The position numbers were made by a program, and so were the translations under genes. A DNA stretch of 64,000 nucleotides from an uncultured Alphaproteobacteria bacterium (lineage in GTDB: Bacteria; Pseudomonadota; Alphaproteobacteria; SHVP01). The notes under the pieces were generated by a model. The model searched no databases. It saw only the letters and a program-made list of their open reading frames with translations, and was not told where the DNA came from. The stretch is taken from positions 25 through 64,024 of the forward strand of contig CAYGKG010000005.1 of NCBI GenBank assembly GCA_964350495.1, in the 5' to 3' direction. Of the stretch, positions 48,268 to 59,831 are shown in pieces. Every line of letters begins with the position of its first letter. The stretch's first letter is position 1.

Positions 48268-48993
48268 ATGAGGCAAAAGCGCACCTTCCTCACCGGCCGC
48301 ATCGACTACCTGTACGACACCCCCGAGCAACGCGGCACCAAACTCGGATATGAGCGCTTCTCCGTCACGCGCTTGGCCGACGGGCGCCTGATCCAGCGGG
48401 CATTCTGCCGCATCGCGCGTCCCGGTCTGGATGTCGAGCGCGACTCGGTCATGGCTGTCGACGCCGACTGGCGGCCGACCGATGCCTTCGTCCGCATCGA
48501 GACCGACGGCAAACGCACCGGCAGCGCTTGGTATGCCTTCTCGGCAAGCGATGCCGAATGTACCGCCGACACCCGCGGCGAAGGACGCGTCACCTACCGT
48601 CGCCCGCTCCCGGGCCGGTTCACGTTTTGCTGTCACGCCCTGGTCGGCGATGCCTGGATGATTGCAGCCGGCGACCCCGGTACGGACGGTGCGCGCGGCC
48701 ATTGGGATTTGCTGACCTCGACCCTGAACAAGTCCGGCGCCAGCGGCCCCGCGCTCGCCTATATCCCCTACGGCATCGAGCGGGTCGGACGCGAGACCAT
48801 CACCGTGGCCGCAGGTACCTTTGAGACCGTTCACTTTCGGTGCGGGCGCACCGACGGCGTCGCGGACATCGCCGATGCACCGTTCGGCTATCACATGTGG
48901 GTGTCAGACGACCCATATCGGTTGTGCGTCCGATCGGCTTACCCCGGCGCGAGCGTTTACGAACTGGCCGAACTTACGGTCGACGACGCCTAG
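48268..48993 (+). CDS. Hypothetical protein (241 aa)
   Basis: ORF only. Confidence 0.35.
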   Translation: MRQKRTFLTGRIDYLYDTPEQRGTKLGYERFSVTRLADGRLIQRAFCRIARPGLDVERDSVMAVDADWRPTDAFVRIETDGKRTGSAWYAFSASDAECTADTRGEGRVTYRRPLPGRFTFCCHALVGDAWMIAAGDPGTDGARGHWDLLTSTLNKSGASGPALAYIPYGIERVGRETITVAAGTFETVHFRCGRTDGVADIADAPFGYHMWVSDDPYRLCVRSAYPGASVYELAELTVDDA

Positions 48994-49033
48994 ATCCAGG
49001 CGTCGCGCATCGGTTCCGGCGCGACGGTATTGC

Positions 49034-49999
49034 CTAAGGCCGCACCACAATACAGGCCTGATTGCGCGTCCTGAGCGTCGTGCACGCGGCCTCTGCGGCG
49101 TCGCCATTGGTGTAGGGCCCCGCTTGGAGCCGGTGAAACACGCCTCTGTCGCCGAGATCGACACGGACCACCGTGGGCTCAAGCGCGCCGAGCAGATCCT
49201 CATACCGGGTTTTGAGTGCCTGCCAGCCGGTTTGTGCAGCTTCCGGCGAGCGGTAGGCCGCAAGCTGGACGCGGAACGCCCCGGTAGCAGCGACCGGTGC
49301 CGGGGCGGCGACAGGGGCCGCGGCTTGCGGCGCGGCGGTGACTGGCGCGGGGATTTCCGCGGGTTGGCTCTGCACGATGGGCGCCGTTTCAGCCGCCGGG
49401 AGCGGCGGTGGCGGCGGCGATGCAGCGACAATTGGCGGCACCGTCGGAAGCTGACGCGGCGCTGCGACCGGCGCCGCTTCGCGAATCACGGGCGGCGGCG
49501 GCAATTGGACGGTTTCGACCGCCCGTCCCGTCGGCGTATCGGTCTCGACGATTCGCGGCGGCGGCGCGGGTTGTTCGGGCGCCGGCGCAAGGGTCACCGG
49601 CGCACCCACCCCGTTGTCGTCTTGAACGTCTTGCAAGACGAGCTTGTCCTGATGGGGCACCTGCAAACCGCCCGGCTCGGTCGGCGCTTCTTTGATCGGC
49701 GACGGATCGGCGCGGACAACCGGCGGGATCTGTTCCAGCGCGTTCTGCTTGCCGACCTCGAAGCCCCACCAGAAGGCGCCGCCCATTAGGACAGCAGCCA
49801 TCGCAGCGGCAGCAAAGAAACTGCCGAACCGCGAGCGCGAATTGGCGCGCCGGTTCTCGTCTTCTTCGGCGGTCTCGCGCAACGGCGGGATGTGGATGCC
49901 GTCCTCGTTGGCGGCGGTTTTTGGACTGGCAAACGGCGGCGGTCCTGGCGTCCGCCGTGGGGGCAATTCGAATGTGTCGTCGTCATCGGCCATCATCAA
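49034..49999 (-). CDS. SPOR-domain protein with N-terminal TM and Pro-rich linker (FtsN/DedD-like cell-division peptidoglycan-binding protein)
   Basis: C-terminal [21 protein letters not shown]...[12 protein letters not shown] domain. Confidence 0.7.
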   Translation of the reverse strand: MMMADDDDTFELPPRRTPGPPPFASPKTAANEDGIHIPPLRETAEEDENRRANSRSRFGSFFAAAAMAAVLMGGAFWWGFEVGKQNALEQIPPVVRADPSPIKEAPTEPGGLQVPHQDKLVLQDVQDDNGVGAPVTLAPAPEQPAPPPRIVETDTPTGRAVETVQLPPPPVIREAAPVAAPRQLPTVPPIVAASPPPPPLPAAETAPIVQSQPAEIPAPVTAAPQAAAPVAAPAPVAATGAFRVQLAAYRSPEAAQTGWQALKTRYEDLLGALEPTVVRVDLGDRGVFHRLQAGPYTNGDAAEAACTTLRTRNQACIVVRP

Positions 50000-51747
50000 C
50001 GCATCTCCTCAACCGGCTCCACCCCGAGTACCCCGAGGCCGGAAGCAATTACGGCGGCGACGCCCTGAAGCAGGGCGAGCCGCGCGCGCGTCAATTCTGG
50101 GTTTTCCTCTATCAGGAATCGAAGTTCTGGTGCTTCGGTGCCCTGATTCCACAGCGTATGAAACGCCGATGCCAAATCATACAGGAAATAAGCGACTCTG
50201 TGTGGTTCATGTGCACGCGCCGCGTTTTCGACGATACCCGGCCACAACGCCATCTGCCGGACCAACGCTAACTCCGCGGCGTGACTCAATTTTTCGAGGT
50301 CGGCGCCAATTAGGGAGGACGGCGACGTATCGACCGCAGACGCCTCGTCGGCGGCCCGGCGCATCACCGACCGGATCCGAGCGTGCGCGTACTGCACATA
50401 GAAGACCGGGTTGTCCTTGGATTGCTCGGTGACCTTTTGGAAATCGAAGTCGAGCGACGATTCCGGTTTTTGGGTCAGCATCATGAACCGCACGACGTCG
50501 CGGCCGACCTCGTCGACAACCTCGCGCAACGTAACGAAATCGCCCGAACGCTTCGACATCTTGACCGGCTCGCCCGCCCGCATCAGCTTGACTAGGTTGG
50601 TGATGCGCACGTCGAGCTCCGCCCGCCGGTCCGACAACGCGGCGACAGCGGCCTTCATCCGTTTGATATAACCGCCGTGGTCGGCGCCCCAAACGTCCAC
50701 CATATGAGTGAAGCCGCGCGCGATCTTGTCGCGGTGATAGGCAATATCGGCGGCAAAATAGGTCCACGATCCGTCGGACTTTTGCAGCGGTCGATCGGTA
50801 TCGTCGCCGAAATCCGACGCGCGGAACAGCGTTTGCTCGCGTGCCTCCCAGTCCTCGGGCTCCTTGCCCTTGGGCGGCTCAAGCACTCCCCTATAGATGA
50901 GACCCTTAGCGTCCATTTCGGCCAACGACTCCGCGATCTTGCCCGATTCGTGGAGCGTTTTTTCCGAAAAGAAAACATCGTGAACGATGCCCAGCGCCGC
51001 GAGGTCGTCGCGGATCATGTCCATCATCGCGTCGACGGCAATGGCGCGAAACGGTTCGAACCACGTCCCTTCGTCGGAGTCCTTCCACCGGTCGCCGTCG
51101 CGCCGGACGATGCCCTGCGCAACCGGGATCAAGTAATCGCCAGGATACCAACCGTCAGGGATATCGATCGCCTCGCCCAGCGCCTCGCGATAACGCAAAT
51201 GCAAAGACCGGGCGAGCGTCTGAACCTGGGCCCCGGCATCGTTGATGTAGTACTCGCGGCTTACGTCGTACCCGGCCTTGGCCAGTAGATTGGCAAGCGC
51301 ATCGCCGACCACGGCGCCGCGGCAATGGCCGACATGCATCGGCCCCGTGGGGTTGGCCGAGACATATTCGACATTGACCTTGCCGCCGCCGCCCGCGTCC
51401 GAAGTGCCGTAGTCTGCGCCAGCGTCAAGAATCGCGCGTAACTCGCCCTGCCATGCAACGGGCGCGAGGCGCAAATTGATGAAACCGGGGCCGGCAACCT
51501 CCGCCGTGGCAACGCCGTTTAGGGCTTCGATATGAGGCACAATGAGGTCGGCGACGTCGCGCGGTTTCATACCAGCCGGTTTCGCCAGAACCATCGCCAC
51601 GTTGGTCGCGAGATCGCCGTGCTCGGGGTTCCGCGGCAGTTCGACAACGACCGCTCCCGTGTCCAGCCCGGCGGGCAGCGCTCCGTCGCGCCCGAGGCGG
51701 ACGACAATCGCATCAATCTGTTGCTTGAGTTGGGCTAAGAGGGTCAT
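49996..51747 (-). CDS. argS: Arginine--tRNA ligase
   Basis: Class I aaRS HVGH-type motif ([14 protein letters not shown]) and ArgS anticodon-binding domain. Confidence 0.95.
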   Translation of the reverse strand: MTLLAQLKQQIDAIVVRLGRDGALPAGLDTGAVVVELPRNPEHGDLATNVAMVLAKPAGMKPRDVADLIVPHIEALNGVATAEVAGPGFINLRLAPVAWQGELRAILDAGADYGTSDAGGGGKVNVEYVSANPTGPMHVGHCRGAVVGDALANLLAKAGYDVSREYYINDAGAQVQTLARSLHLRYREALGEAIDIPDGWYPGDYLIPVAQGIVRRDGDRWKDSDEGTWFEPFRAIAVDAMMDMIRDDLAALGIVHDVFFSEKTLHESGKIAESLAEMDAKGLIYRGVLEPPKGKEPEDWEAREQTLFRASDFGDDTDRPLQKSDGSWTYFAADIAYHRDKIARGFTHMVDVWGADHGGYIKRMKAAVAALSDRRAELDVRITNLVKLMRAGEPVKMSKRSGDFVTLREVVDEVGRDVVRFMMLTQKPESSLDFDFQKVTEQSKDNPVFYVQYAHARIRSVMRRAADEASAVDTSPSSLIGADLEKLSHAAELALVRQMALWPGIVENAARAHEPHRVAYFLYDLASAFHTLWNQGTEAPELRFLIEENPELTRARLALLQGVAAVIASGLGVLGVEPVEEMR

Positions 51748-51856
51748 TTTTTCCAGGCGCCTGGTCGCCGCGGGTTCTAGCGTGTCCGAGTCGCGTTGGC
51801 CAGTTTCAAGCGGCCCGAACGGTCGGTTTTATCGCCGCGCGTCGCACGCCGACCCA

Positions 51857-52486
51857 TCATCCGGCCAGCTTCGCCGTCAGAACCTTGAGGCTTGCCGCGC
51901 CGAAGGCGAACGCAAACGCCCCCTCAAACCACCGCCGGAGGCGAGCGTATCTCCGCACCACGGGAGCGGCCGTGAACAGCAGCGCGTAGCCGTGAAAGAG
52001 CAGAAAGCTCTGAAATCCGACCGCGCCAATCACCACCGCGACGGCCGCCGGGTCGGCAGCGGCGGGAACCCCGATCGAATAGAGCGACCCAAAGAAAAGG
52101 ACCGCCTTCGGGTTGGTCAGGTGCAACGCCAATCCCTTGGAATAAGCCTTACGCATGGACTGCACCGCGACCGCAGGGGTCTTCGCGACGGCAGGCCCAA
52201 ATGCCGCGCGCGCCGATTTGAGCGCGAGCCACATCAGGTACGCCGCCCCGGCGTAGCGCATCGCCTCGAACAGCCAGGCATTGGCGAACATCAGCGCACC
52301 CAGCCCCAGGGCGGCCGCAATCGACCAGGCCAGCGACCCCGTCGTCACGCCGGACGCGATCGCCAATCCGTGCCGGCGCCCAAGGGCCAACGAGGTTCCT
52401 GCAATTGCCATCGTCGCGGGGCCGGGACTGACGGTCGCGATGAAAGCGGCGCCAAGGATCAGTGGAAGGTTGATAACGTCCATCAC
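51857..52486 (-). CDS. LysE/RhtB-family amino-acid exporter
   Basis: Six-TM LysE-type sequence (ATVSPGPATMA...). Confidence 0.7.
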   Translation of the reverse strand: MMDVINLPLILGAAFIATVSPGPATMAIAGTSLALGRRHGLAIASGVTTGSLAWSIAAALGLGALMFANAWLFEAMRYAGAAYLMWLALKSARAAFGPAVAKTPAVAVQSMRKAYSKGLALHLTNPKAVLFFGSLYSIGVPAAADPAAVAVVIGAVGFQSFLLFHGYALLFTAAPVVRRYARLRRWFEGAFAFAFGAASLKVLTAKLAG

Positions 52487-52546
52487 GCACCCTTGGTAGC
52501 ACGGCCAGCGTGGGGAGAGAATCGAATCGCCGGGTGCAGACGCGCC

Positions 52547-53719
52547 TTACGCCACGATCTTGGCGTGTTCTTGCAGCGCGTAGCGGTCCGTCATCCCTGC
52601 GATGTAGTCGGCAACCACCCGAGCGCGCCCTGCATCGCCTTCGATGACAGCGAGGCGGGCCTGCCATTCGCCCGGCAACCGATCTTGATGGACAAAGAAG
52701 TACTCAAAGAGACGCGCAACAACCGCGCGCGCATTCGCCGTCATCTCGTTGACCCGCGCATGGCGGTACATATTGTCGAACAAAAACGCCTTGAGGGCGC
52801 GATCCGCCTCCGCTAGGCCTTGGGAAAACGCCACCACGGGCCGGCTGAGTCGGCGAATGTCGTCGGCCGAGCCGGGCTTTGCCGCCGTGAGCCGGCGCCG
52901 CGTCTCATCCAGCAAGTCCACGACCATCGCGTCGATGACGCGGCGCGTGACTTCGTTGACCAGGCGCGATTGCTCGAGGTCGGGATAGCGGCTGAGGACA
53001 TCTTCGACCGCCGTCGTACCGAGCGGAACACCGTGCAAGTCTTCGAGCTTGAACAACCCTGCGCGCACGCCGTCGTCGATGTCATGGGCATTGTAGGCGA
53101 TATCATCGGCCATCGCCGCGACCTGCGCCTCGATCCCGGCAAAGGTGTCCAGGCCGAGATCGAATTCGGCGTTGTAGGTCAGGATCGTGCCGTCGACCGG
53201 TTCTTTCTTTGGCGCATAGGGCCCGATCAACGGGCCGTTGTGCTTGACCACGCCCTCCAGGGTCTCCCAGGTGAGGTTGAGCCCGTCGAACTCGGCGTAG
53301 CGATGCTCCAAGTCGGTCAGCACGCGCAAGGTTTGGGCGTTGTGGTCGAAGCCGCCGTAGGGCGCCATCGCCGCGTCGAGCGCGTCCTCGCCGGCATGAC
53401 CGAACGGCGTGTGACCCAGGTCGTGGGCAAGCGCCAGCGCTTCGGCCAAATCCTCATCGAGCCCGAGCGCCCGTGCGATCGTGCGGGCCACCTGGGCGAC
53501 CTCGATCGAATGCGTCAGGCGGGTGCGGTAGTAATCGCCCTCGTGATAGACGAAAACCTGCGTTTTGTGCTTCAGGCGGCGGAACGCCCCGGAATGGATG
53601 ACCCGGTCGCGATCGCGCTGGAACGGCGAGCGCATGGCGCTTTCGGGTTCGGGATGCCGCCGGCCCCGGCTGCGGGCCGGATCGCAGGCGTAGGGCGCGA
53701 GGGCGAGGCGTTCGGTCAT
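52547..53719 (-). CDS. dgt: dGTP triphosphohydrolase-like HD-domain protein
   Basis: RLTHSIEVAQVAR...HDLGHTPFGH HD motif. Confidence 0.85.
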   Translation of the reverse strand: MTERLALAPYACDPARSRGRRHPEPESAMRSPFQRDRDRVIHSGAFRRLKHKTQVFVYHEGDYYRTRLTHSIEVAQVARTIARALGLDEDLAEALALAHDLGHTPFGHAGEDALDAAMAPYGGFDHNAQTLRVLTDLEHRYAEFDGLNLTWETLEGVVKHNGPLIGPYAPKKEPVDGTILTYNAEFDLGLDTFAGIEAQVAAMADDIAYNAHDIDDGVRAGLFKLEDLHGVPLGTTAVEDVLSRYPDLEQSRLVNEVTRRVIDAMVVDLLDETRRRLTAAKPGSADDIRRLSRPVVAFSQGLAEADRALKAFLFDNMYRHARVNEMTANARAVVARLFEYFFVHQDRLPGEWQARLAVIEGDAGRARVVADYIAGMTDRYALQEHAKIVA

Positions 53720-53871
53720 GGCCGGACCCTAGCTGCCGCCCCCGAACCCCGCAACGGGGTTGGAATCCCGGAAAACCGCCCTGCCCGGCCCGGTCAATCG
53801 GTCTCGGAACACGCTTGCGATTGACTCGCAGTCTATTTGTCCTACATATCAGACCACGACGAAGGAGCGAT

Positions 53872-54216
53872 ATGACCAACGCCGCTACCATGCTTTCGCT
53901 GTCGGACAGCGCCGTTAAGCGAGTTTCCTTCCTGATGAGCCAGGAGGAGAACCCCGACGTCATGCTCCGCGTCGTGGTCAACGGCGGCGGGTGCGCCGGT
54001 TTTCAGTACGGGTTTTCCTTCGACGACAGCAAGACCGACGACGACGTCGTGATCGAACAAGCCGGCGTCAAACTGGTGACCGACAACATGTCGCTGATGT
54101 ACCTCGCCGGGGCCCAGATCGATTTCGTCGAGGACATGATCGGCGCCGCGTTTTCGATTAAGAACCCAAACGCCGCGTCCACCTGTTCCTGCGGGACCAG
54201 TTTCGCGGTCGCCTGA
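53872..54216 (+). CDS. erpA: Iron-sulfur cluster insertion protein ErpA/IscA (HesB family)
   Basis: C-terminal CSCGTSF motif; RBS GAAGGAG. Confidence 0.85.
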   Translation: MTNAATMLSLSDSAVKRVSFLMSQEENPDVMLRVVVNGGGCAGFQYGFSFDDSKTDDDVVIEQAGVKLVTDNMSLMYLAGAQIDFVEDMIGAAFSIKNPNAASTCSCGTSFAVA

Positions 54217-54226
54217 CCGCTTCGGT

Positions 54227-54910
54227 CTAAGCCGTTTCGGGCACCGGGCGCTCGTACTGCGCCGGCTTCAAATCGCGATCGACGGTGAAGCGCATCGACG
54301 GGCGATTCAGCAACTTTTCATACCATGCCGCGAGTTTGGGCCGCGTATCGCGCCATTCGAACGTGGGATCGATTCCGTCGAGGAGGCGGCCGAACTCGGG
54401 TACCCGGTAGTCGAGGCGCGATAGACCGCCGGCAATGCAGATGTGCCCGATGTGGAAACCGATCTGGTCGCCGGCGTCTTCTTCCATGTCGTCTAAGGCG
54501 CGCACGATCTTGAGCCAGTGGCGTTCGACCTCGTCGGCCCGCCGCGTTGCGGCATCGCGCCAACTCTCGCGGTCGAGCGCGACGGCGGCCTCGAAGACCC
54601 CCTCGCCCAGCGTCATCTGCGTCAGCGCCGTGAACCGGGTGCGGCCCCAGGGCGGAAACATCTTCGGCCCGTCGTGGAGCGAATCGAAATACTCGCAAAT
54701 GACCGGCCCGCCATAGAGCGCTTCCCCGTCGTCCAGTACCAGCGTCGGCACTTTGTTCAGCGGGTTGTCGCGCCACAGGTCCGTGTCGGCATCGAACGGG
54801 CCGGTGCGGACGTAGATCAACCGGTCGGTGACCCCCGCCTCAGCAGCCGCGACCAGCACCTTGTGGATGTAATTCGGGTTCGGCGTAAACCGAAGTTTCA
54901 TTTCTGACAT
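54227..54910 (-). CDS. Glutathione S-transferase family protein
   Basis: GST N-terminal thioredoxin-like motifs (NKVPTLVLDDGEALYGGPVICEY). Confidence 0.7.
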   Translation of the reverse strand: MSEMKLRFTPNPNYIHKVLVAAAEAGVTDRLIYVRTGPFDADTDLWRDNPLNKVPTLVLDDGEALYGGPVICEYFDSLHDGPKMFPPWGRTRFTALTQMTLGEGVFEAAVALDRESWRDAATRRADEVERHWLKIVRALDDMEEDAGDQIGFHIGHICIAGGLSRLDYRVPEFGRLLDGIDPTFEWRDTRPKLAAWYEKLLNRPSMRFTVDRDLKPAQYERPVPETA

Positions 54911-55023
54911 CGGCGATCTCCTTGTACCCCTTGATGTAGCATACCGATCCGCCTTTGCCCGCGTGACCGGACGTGCTATCCGGTGACCCGCTCCGAACCT
55001 GCGATCTTTGCCCCAACGGTCCC

Positions 55024-55797
55024 ATGAAAATCGTCACCTGGAACGTCAATTCGATCAAAGTGCGCGTCCCCCACGTGTGCGACTACCTGCGCGCGACCTC
55101 GCCCGATGTCCTATTGCTGCAAGAAACCAAGGTCGCGGACGACAAGTTTCCCGCACTCGAGATCGAAGACCTCGGCTATTCCATCGCGATCCACGGACAA
55201 CGCACATACAACGGCGTTGCGATCCTCTCCAAGCACCCGATGGAGGACGTGATTCGCGGATTGCCCGGAAACACCGACGACGATCAGTCGCGCTACATCG
55301 AGGTCACCATCGAGGGACTGCGCATCGGTTCCCTCTACTTGCCCAACGGCAACCCGCTCGACACCGAAAAGTTCGACTACAAGCTGCGTTGGATGGGGCA
55401 CCTGCGCGACCACGCCCGGACCCTGCTGAAGGACGATGTGGATTTCGTTTTGGGCGGCGACTGGAACATCGCGCCGGAGGCGGAGGATCTCTATGACCCC
55501 GGCGCCTTCCTGGACGACGCCATCGCCCACGCCGACTCGCGCGCCCTGTGGCGCGAGATCAACTACCTCGGACTGACCGAGTCCTTCCGCGCCCTCCACC
55601 CCGAACTCGCCCAGGCCTGGAGCTACTTCGACTATCAGCGCGGCGCCTGGGAAAAAAATCACGGCATCCGCATCGATCATGTTCTGCTGTCGCCGCGGGT
55701 CGCAGACCGCCTAGAAGCGTCCGGCATCGACCGCGACGAACGCGGCCGCACTCAACCCTCGGATCACGTCCCGGTGTGGTGCGTGTTGGCGGAATAG
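55024..55797 (+). CDS. xthA: Exodeoxyribonuclease III
   Basis: MKIVTWNVNS...LLQETK...DHVLLS EEP-nuclease motifs. Confidence 0.9.
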   Translation: MKIVTWNVNSIKVRVPHVCDYLRATSPDVLLLQETKVADDKFPALEIEDLGYSIAIHGQRTYNGVAILSKHPMEDVIRGLPGNTDDDQSRYIEVTIEGLRIGSLYLPNGNPLDTEKFDYKLRWMGHLRDHARTLLKDDVDFVLGGDWNIAPEAEDLYDPGAFLDDAIAHADSRALWREINYLGLTESFRALHPELAQAWSYFDYQRGAWEKNHGIRIDHVLLSPRVADRLEASGIDRDERGRTQPSDHVPVWCVLAE

Positions 55798-56042
55798 CGC
55801 CTCGGTCGGTGTGCGAGCCAGCCAACGATCGCGCCGGCGCAAAACACCGCGAATAGGAGCAAGACGCGTGGGGCCGAAAACGTCCAAACCAAGAATCGGA
55901 CATCGGCGGTCTCGACGTTCTGCACCGCGACGATAATAACTAGGCCCATCAGGACCAGAGCGGCAATATGTCTAGCTTGTTGCATAGGCTCATTGTGCCG
56001 TGCTTCTGACGCCGCCGCCATTTGTTCCTCGAGAATTTCCAT
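55764..56042 (-). CDS. Small membrane protein (LapA/DUF1049-like); start uncertain
   Basis: Single/double TM small ORF convergent with xth. Confidence 0.35.
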   Translation of the reverse strand: MEILEEQMAAASEARHNEPMQQARHIAALVLMGLVIIVAVQNVETADVRFLVWTFSAPRVLLLFAVFCAGAIVGWLAHRPRRYSANTHHTGT

Positions 56043-56247
56043 CTAGGCGCGGCGGGCGACGATGCTATCGTCAAACTGGCCGCACAGGAACGGCAACAAT
56101 CACAGTCCTCACGGGCCCGAGGAACCGACAAAGCATATCCCGGCGGGCTCGGCGCTCGCCTTGCCTATCGGGTCTTTCTAGACTTAGTTTGGGCGCGCAT
56201 CCGATGGAGCACGCGATATAGTCACCGTCAATTGGATCGAAACGGCG

Positions 56248-56862
56248 TTGGTCGCCCTGAGCGTTGCGCTCTTTTCGGGCTATCACCTCCTGCTCGTCCG
56301 CGAGGTGCGGCGCGCACCCGAGCGTACCGCGTCGGGTCTCGCCCATATCCTGCGCCACGCCTGGGTCGACAGCGTTATCGAAGACAAGCGAGACGTCATT
56401 GTCGTTCAGACTCTGCGCAATTGGATCACCGCCACGTCGATGCTGGCATCCTCATCGATCATCGTGGCAATCGGACTCCTAAGCTTCCTGATTTCATCGA
56501 ATGGCGTGCCTTCATTCCTGCACCGGCTCAATCTCCTGGGCAGCGCCAGCGACGCCGTGTTCCTGTCAAAGGTCCTGCTGCTCACCATCACCTTTTTCGC
56601 GAACTTCATGAATTTCTCGTGGGCGTTGCGCTACTACAATCACCTCACCCTTGAACTCAACGTTCCGCCCGCGCGGGCACCGGCAAGCCAGCTTAGGGTT
56701 TGCAAGGAAATGATCGACCGGGGGGCGCTGCACTACACGCTCGGCATGCGCGGGTTCTATGCCGCGATCCTCGTCACCCTGTGGTTCTTCGGTCCTGTAT
56801 GGATGCTGGGCGGAACGTTGTTGATGTTAGGGGTGCTGCGCTGGTTGGATCACGTACGCTAA
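56248..56862 (+). CDS. DUF599-like integral membrane protein
   Basis: Hydrophobic 204-aa ORF with a DUF599-like pattern. Confidence 0.45.
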   Translation: MVALSVALFSGYHLLLVREVRRAPERTASGLAHILRHAWVDSVIEDKRDVIVVQTLRNWITATSMLASSSIIVAIGLLSFLISSNGVPSFLHRLNLLGSASDAVFLSKVLLLTITFFANFMNFSWALRYYNHLTLELNVPPARAPASQLRVCKEMIDRGALHYTLGMRGFYAAILVTLWFFGPVWMLGGTLLMLGVLRWLDHVR

Positions 56863-56878
56863 CCGCAAGAGCCAGCCC

Positions 56879-57463
56879 CTACTCCGCCGTGCGCTCCTTT
56901 GGGTCGGCCGGGGCCGCTTCGACGGTTGCGATCAGGTTGGGCAGTTCCGGCAGCGCGGTGAGATCCCAGATGCCGCCGTTCATTTGTTCGACGAAACGCC
57001 TGCACTGCAAGGTTTCGCGGCCCTCCCATTGGCGCAAACGGGTCTCCACCAGCCGCAGCGAATCGTTCCGCATGCTGTCCCGGCCGCGGGCGCCGCTCAG
57101 ACCGGTTTCCTGGGAAATCCTTAGCACCTTGGCCATCAACGCATCGTGTCGATCGTTCCAGGCCACCACGGCGGTTTGCCAAACGCTGTCGTCGTCGAAC
57201 GCGTTGAATTTCTGCTGGCAGGCGGCGGGCGTCGTCACGATGGCGAACCCGGCCGTCATCAGCAGCTTGGCCGCGTCGAACTCGTCACGCGAGTAGTTGC
57301 GCAGGTCGGGCGCAACGTCGAAGGACGTGCCGCCGCCCCGATACTGCCACACGGCAAGCGCCGCAATGATGATTACCACAACGACCCAGTTGCGGCGCGG
57401 CATACCGAACTCGCGCCGGCGGCGTTCGCCGGGCTTTAACGGACGCTGCCAAGGGTCGCTCAT
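56879..57463 (-). CDS. Hypothetical membrane-anchored protein (about 195 aa; start at MSDPWQRPL)
   Basis: ORF with one TM helix. Confidence 0.35.
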   Translation of the reverse strand: MSDPWQRPLKPGERRRREFGMPRRNWVVVVIIIAALAVWQYRGGGTSFDVAPDLRNYSRDEFDAAKLLMTAGFAIVTTPAACQQKFNAFDDDSVWQTAVVAWNDRHDALMAKVLRISQETGLSGARGRDSMRNDSLRLVETRLRQWEGRETLQCRRFVEQMNGGIWDLTALPELPNLIATVEAAPADPKERTAE

Positions 57464-57467
57464 GACG

Positions 57468-57980
57468 CTATCCCAATGATTCCGGCGGCGCCGCGAGGCG
57501 GCGGATTGCCGCGTATTCGGCATATTCGCGAACGAAGAAATGCAACGCCGGGCTGCTCGCGGTGAACATCCGCCCGTCTTCGTCGGCAACGAACGCACGT
57601 CGAACTTGCGGCAATACCGGGTGCCGTTTGATGTTGGAGGCAAAATAGGCCACCACCGACTCGCCCGGTTGCAGGCACCTCGGCCACGCCCTCGAATCGT
57701 GAAGCAACGGCTCCCGCATCGTGACCCGCGGCCGGCCGAGTCGGCCCATTAAGCCAATCTCCGATACGATGACCGGCTCCACCCCTGCGTTGACAATCAA
57801 AAGGCAAAGGCCCGAACGGTCCAAAGCATGCCCCGGAATATGGCGCATTTCGTTCGGTCCGTCGCCCAAGGCAATCGCTTCGCGACCAACCGGCGTCGCT
57901 AGTTTCGGAACGACGTGAAGGCGCGCGCCGTGGGTGATCCGCGGCAGCGCATTCAAGATCGCCCGAGCGATACCGACCAT
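57468..57980 (-). CDS. Hypothetical protein (170 aa)
   Basis: ORF only. Confidence 0.3.
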   Translation of the reverse strand: MVGIARAILNALPRITHGARLHVVPKLATPVGREAIALGDGPNEMRHIPGHALDRSGLCLLIVNAGVEPVIVSEIGLMGRLGRPRVTMREPLLHDSRAWPRCLQPGESVVAYFASNIKRHPVLPQVRRAFVADEDGRMFTASSPALHFFVREYAEYAAIRRLAAPPESLG

Positions 57981-57997
57981 ACCGAAAGCCTTTCGAC

Positions 57998-59722
57998 CTA
58001 AAGGTCCGCGTAGACGTGCGTTTCAGCGGCCGCGCCCGGGTGTGTCACCGCACCCTTCTCGGCCGTGCCGACGAGTTGCGCGTACTTCCACAACGCCCCG
58101 GACTGGTAGTTGGTCTTGCGCGGTTTCCAGGCTTTGCGCCGGGACTCAAACTCTTCGGCGCTTAGGTCGACATCGAGCGTTCCGTTCACCGCATCGATGG
58201 TGATGGTGTCGCCGTCCTTGAGCAGGCCGATCGGTCCGCCGACCGCAGCCTCGGGGCCGACATGACCGACGCAGAAGCCGCGCGTCCCGCCAGAGAAGCG
58301 GCCATCGGTAATCAACGCAACCTCGTCGCCAACGCCCTGACCGTAGAGTGCGGCCGTGGTTGCCAGCATTTCCCGCATGCCCGGACCGCCGCGCGGTCCC
58401 TCATAGCGGATCACCAGCACGTCGCCTTCTTCGTATTGCTTCAACTGGACCGCGGCAAAGCAGGCATCCTCCGAGTCGAAGACCCGTGCCTTGCCGGTGA
58501 ACTGAAGGCGTTTCATTCCCGCCACTTTGACGATCGCTCCTTCTGGAGCAAGGTTGCCGCGCAAGCCCACGACGCCGCCCGTCGGCGACAGCGCCTTGGA
58601 GACCGGATAGATGACGTCTTGGTCTTCCGGAAACACGACGTCTTTCAGATTCTCGGCAATGGTCTTGCCCGTGACCGTGATGCAATCGCCGTGCAAAAAG
58701 CCGCCATCCAGCAATGCCTTCATCAAGACAGGCACGCCGCCGACTTCGAACATATCCTTGGCCACGTATTTACCGCCCGGCTTCATATCGGCGATGTACG
58801 GGGTGCGTTTGAATATTTCGGCAACGTCGTGGAGGTCAAACTCGATGCCGCACTCGTGGGCAATCGCCGGTAGATGCAACGCCGCGTTCGTCGAACCGCC
58901 CGAAGCGGCAACGATCGTGGCGGCATTCTCGAGGGCTTTGCGGGTCACGATGTCGCGCGGTCGCAGGTTAGATGCGATGAGATCCATGACCTGGCGGCCC
59001 GAGGCGACGGCGTATTCGTCGCGCGTCTCGTAGGGTGCGGGCGCGCCGGCGGAACCCGGTAGCGCCAGCCCGATCGCTTCGGACACGCAGGCCATCGTGT
59101 TGGCCGTAAACTGCCCGCCGCAGGAACCCGCCGAAGGGCACGCCACGCATTCAAGCTCGTGCAGGTATTCGTCGTCGACCTTGCCGGCCTGGTGCATACC
59201 GACAGCCTCGAACACGTCCACGACCGTAACGTCCTTGCCGCGGAAGCGGCCCGGCAGAATGGACCCGCCGTACATGAAGACGCTGGGCACGTTGAGGCGC
59301 ACCATCGCCATCATCAACCCAGGCAGCGATTTATCGCATCCCGCAAGCCCAACGATTGCGTCGTAGCAATGGCCTCTGACCGTCAGTTCCGTCGAATCCG
59401 CGATTGCCTCCCGGCTGACCAGGGACGACCGCATGCCTTCGTGTCCCATCGCAATCCCGTCGGTGACGGTAATTGTGGTGAACTCGCGCGGCGTGCCGCC
59501 GGCCTCGTTGACCCCCTTCTTCACAGCCTGCGCTTGGCGAGACAGTGAAATATTGCACGGTGCCGCTTCGTTCCACGTCGTCACGACCCCGACAAACGGC
59601 TTGTCGATATCCTCCTGGGTCATCCCCATCGCGTAGTAGTACGAACGGTGCGGCGCGCGGGACGCGCCAACGGTCACATGCCGACTCGGCAACCTGCTCT
59701 TATCGAAGACCCGCGCGTCCAT
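57998..59722 (-). CDS. ilvD: Dihydroxy-acid dehydratase
   Basis: IlvD/EDD family motifs (CDKSLPG, ...GGPI...). Confidence 0.95.
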   Translation of the reverse strand: MDARVFDKSRLPSRHVTVGASRAPHRSYYYAMGMTQEDIDKPFVGVVTTWNEAAPCNISLSRQAQAVKKGVNEAGGTPREFTTITVTDGIAMGHEGMRSSLVSREAIADSTELTVRGHCYDAIVGLAGCDKSLPGLMMAMVRLNVPSVFMYGGSILPGRFRGKDVTVVDVFEAVGMHQAGKVDDEYLHELECVACPSAGSCGGQFTANTMACVSEAIGLALPGSAGAPAPYETRDEYAVASGRQVMDLIASNLRPRDIVTRKALENAATIVAASGGSTNAALHLPAIAHECGIEFDLHDVAEIFKRTPYIADMKPGGKYVAKDMFEVGGVPVLMKALLDGGFLHGDCITVTGKTIAENLKDVVFPEDQDVIYPVSKALSPTGGVVGLRGNLAPEGAIVKVAGMKRLQFTGKARVFDSEDACFAAVQLKQYEEGDVLVIRYEGPRGGPGMREMLATTAALYGQGVGDEVALITDGRFSGGTRGFCVGHVGPEAAVGGPIGLLKDGDTITIDAVNGTLDVDLSAEEFESRRKAWKPRKTNYQSGALWKYAQLVGTAEKGAVTHPGAAAETHVYADL

Positions 59723-59831
59723 GTATTCTCTCCTCGCTCACAAAATCCGTTTGCCCTCGACAGCGCTGCCGCACTTGAGGGCCGGCGCTGCCGTAGCCCC
59801 TAGTTAGCACGGCCTGTGGACAAATTCCCAG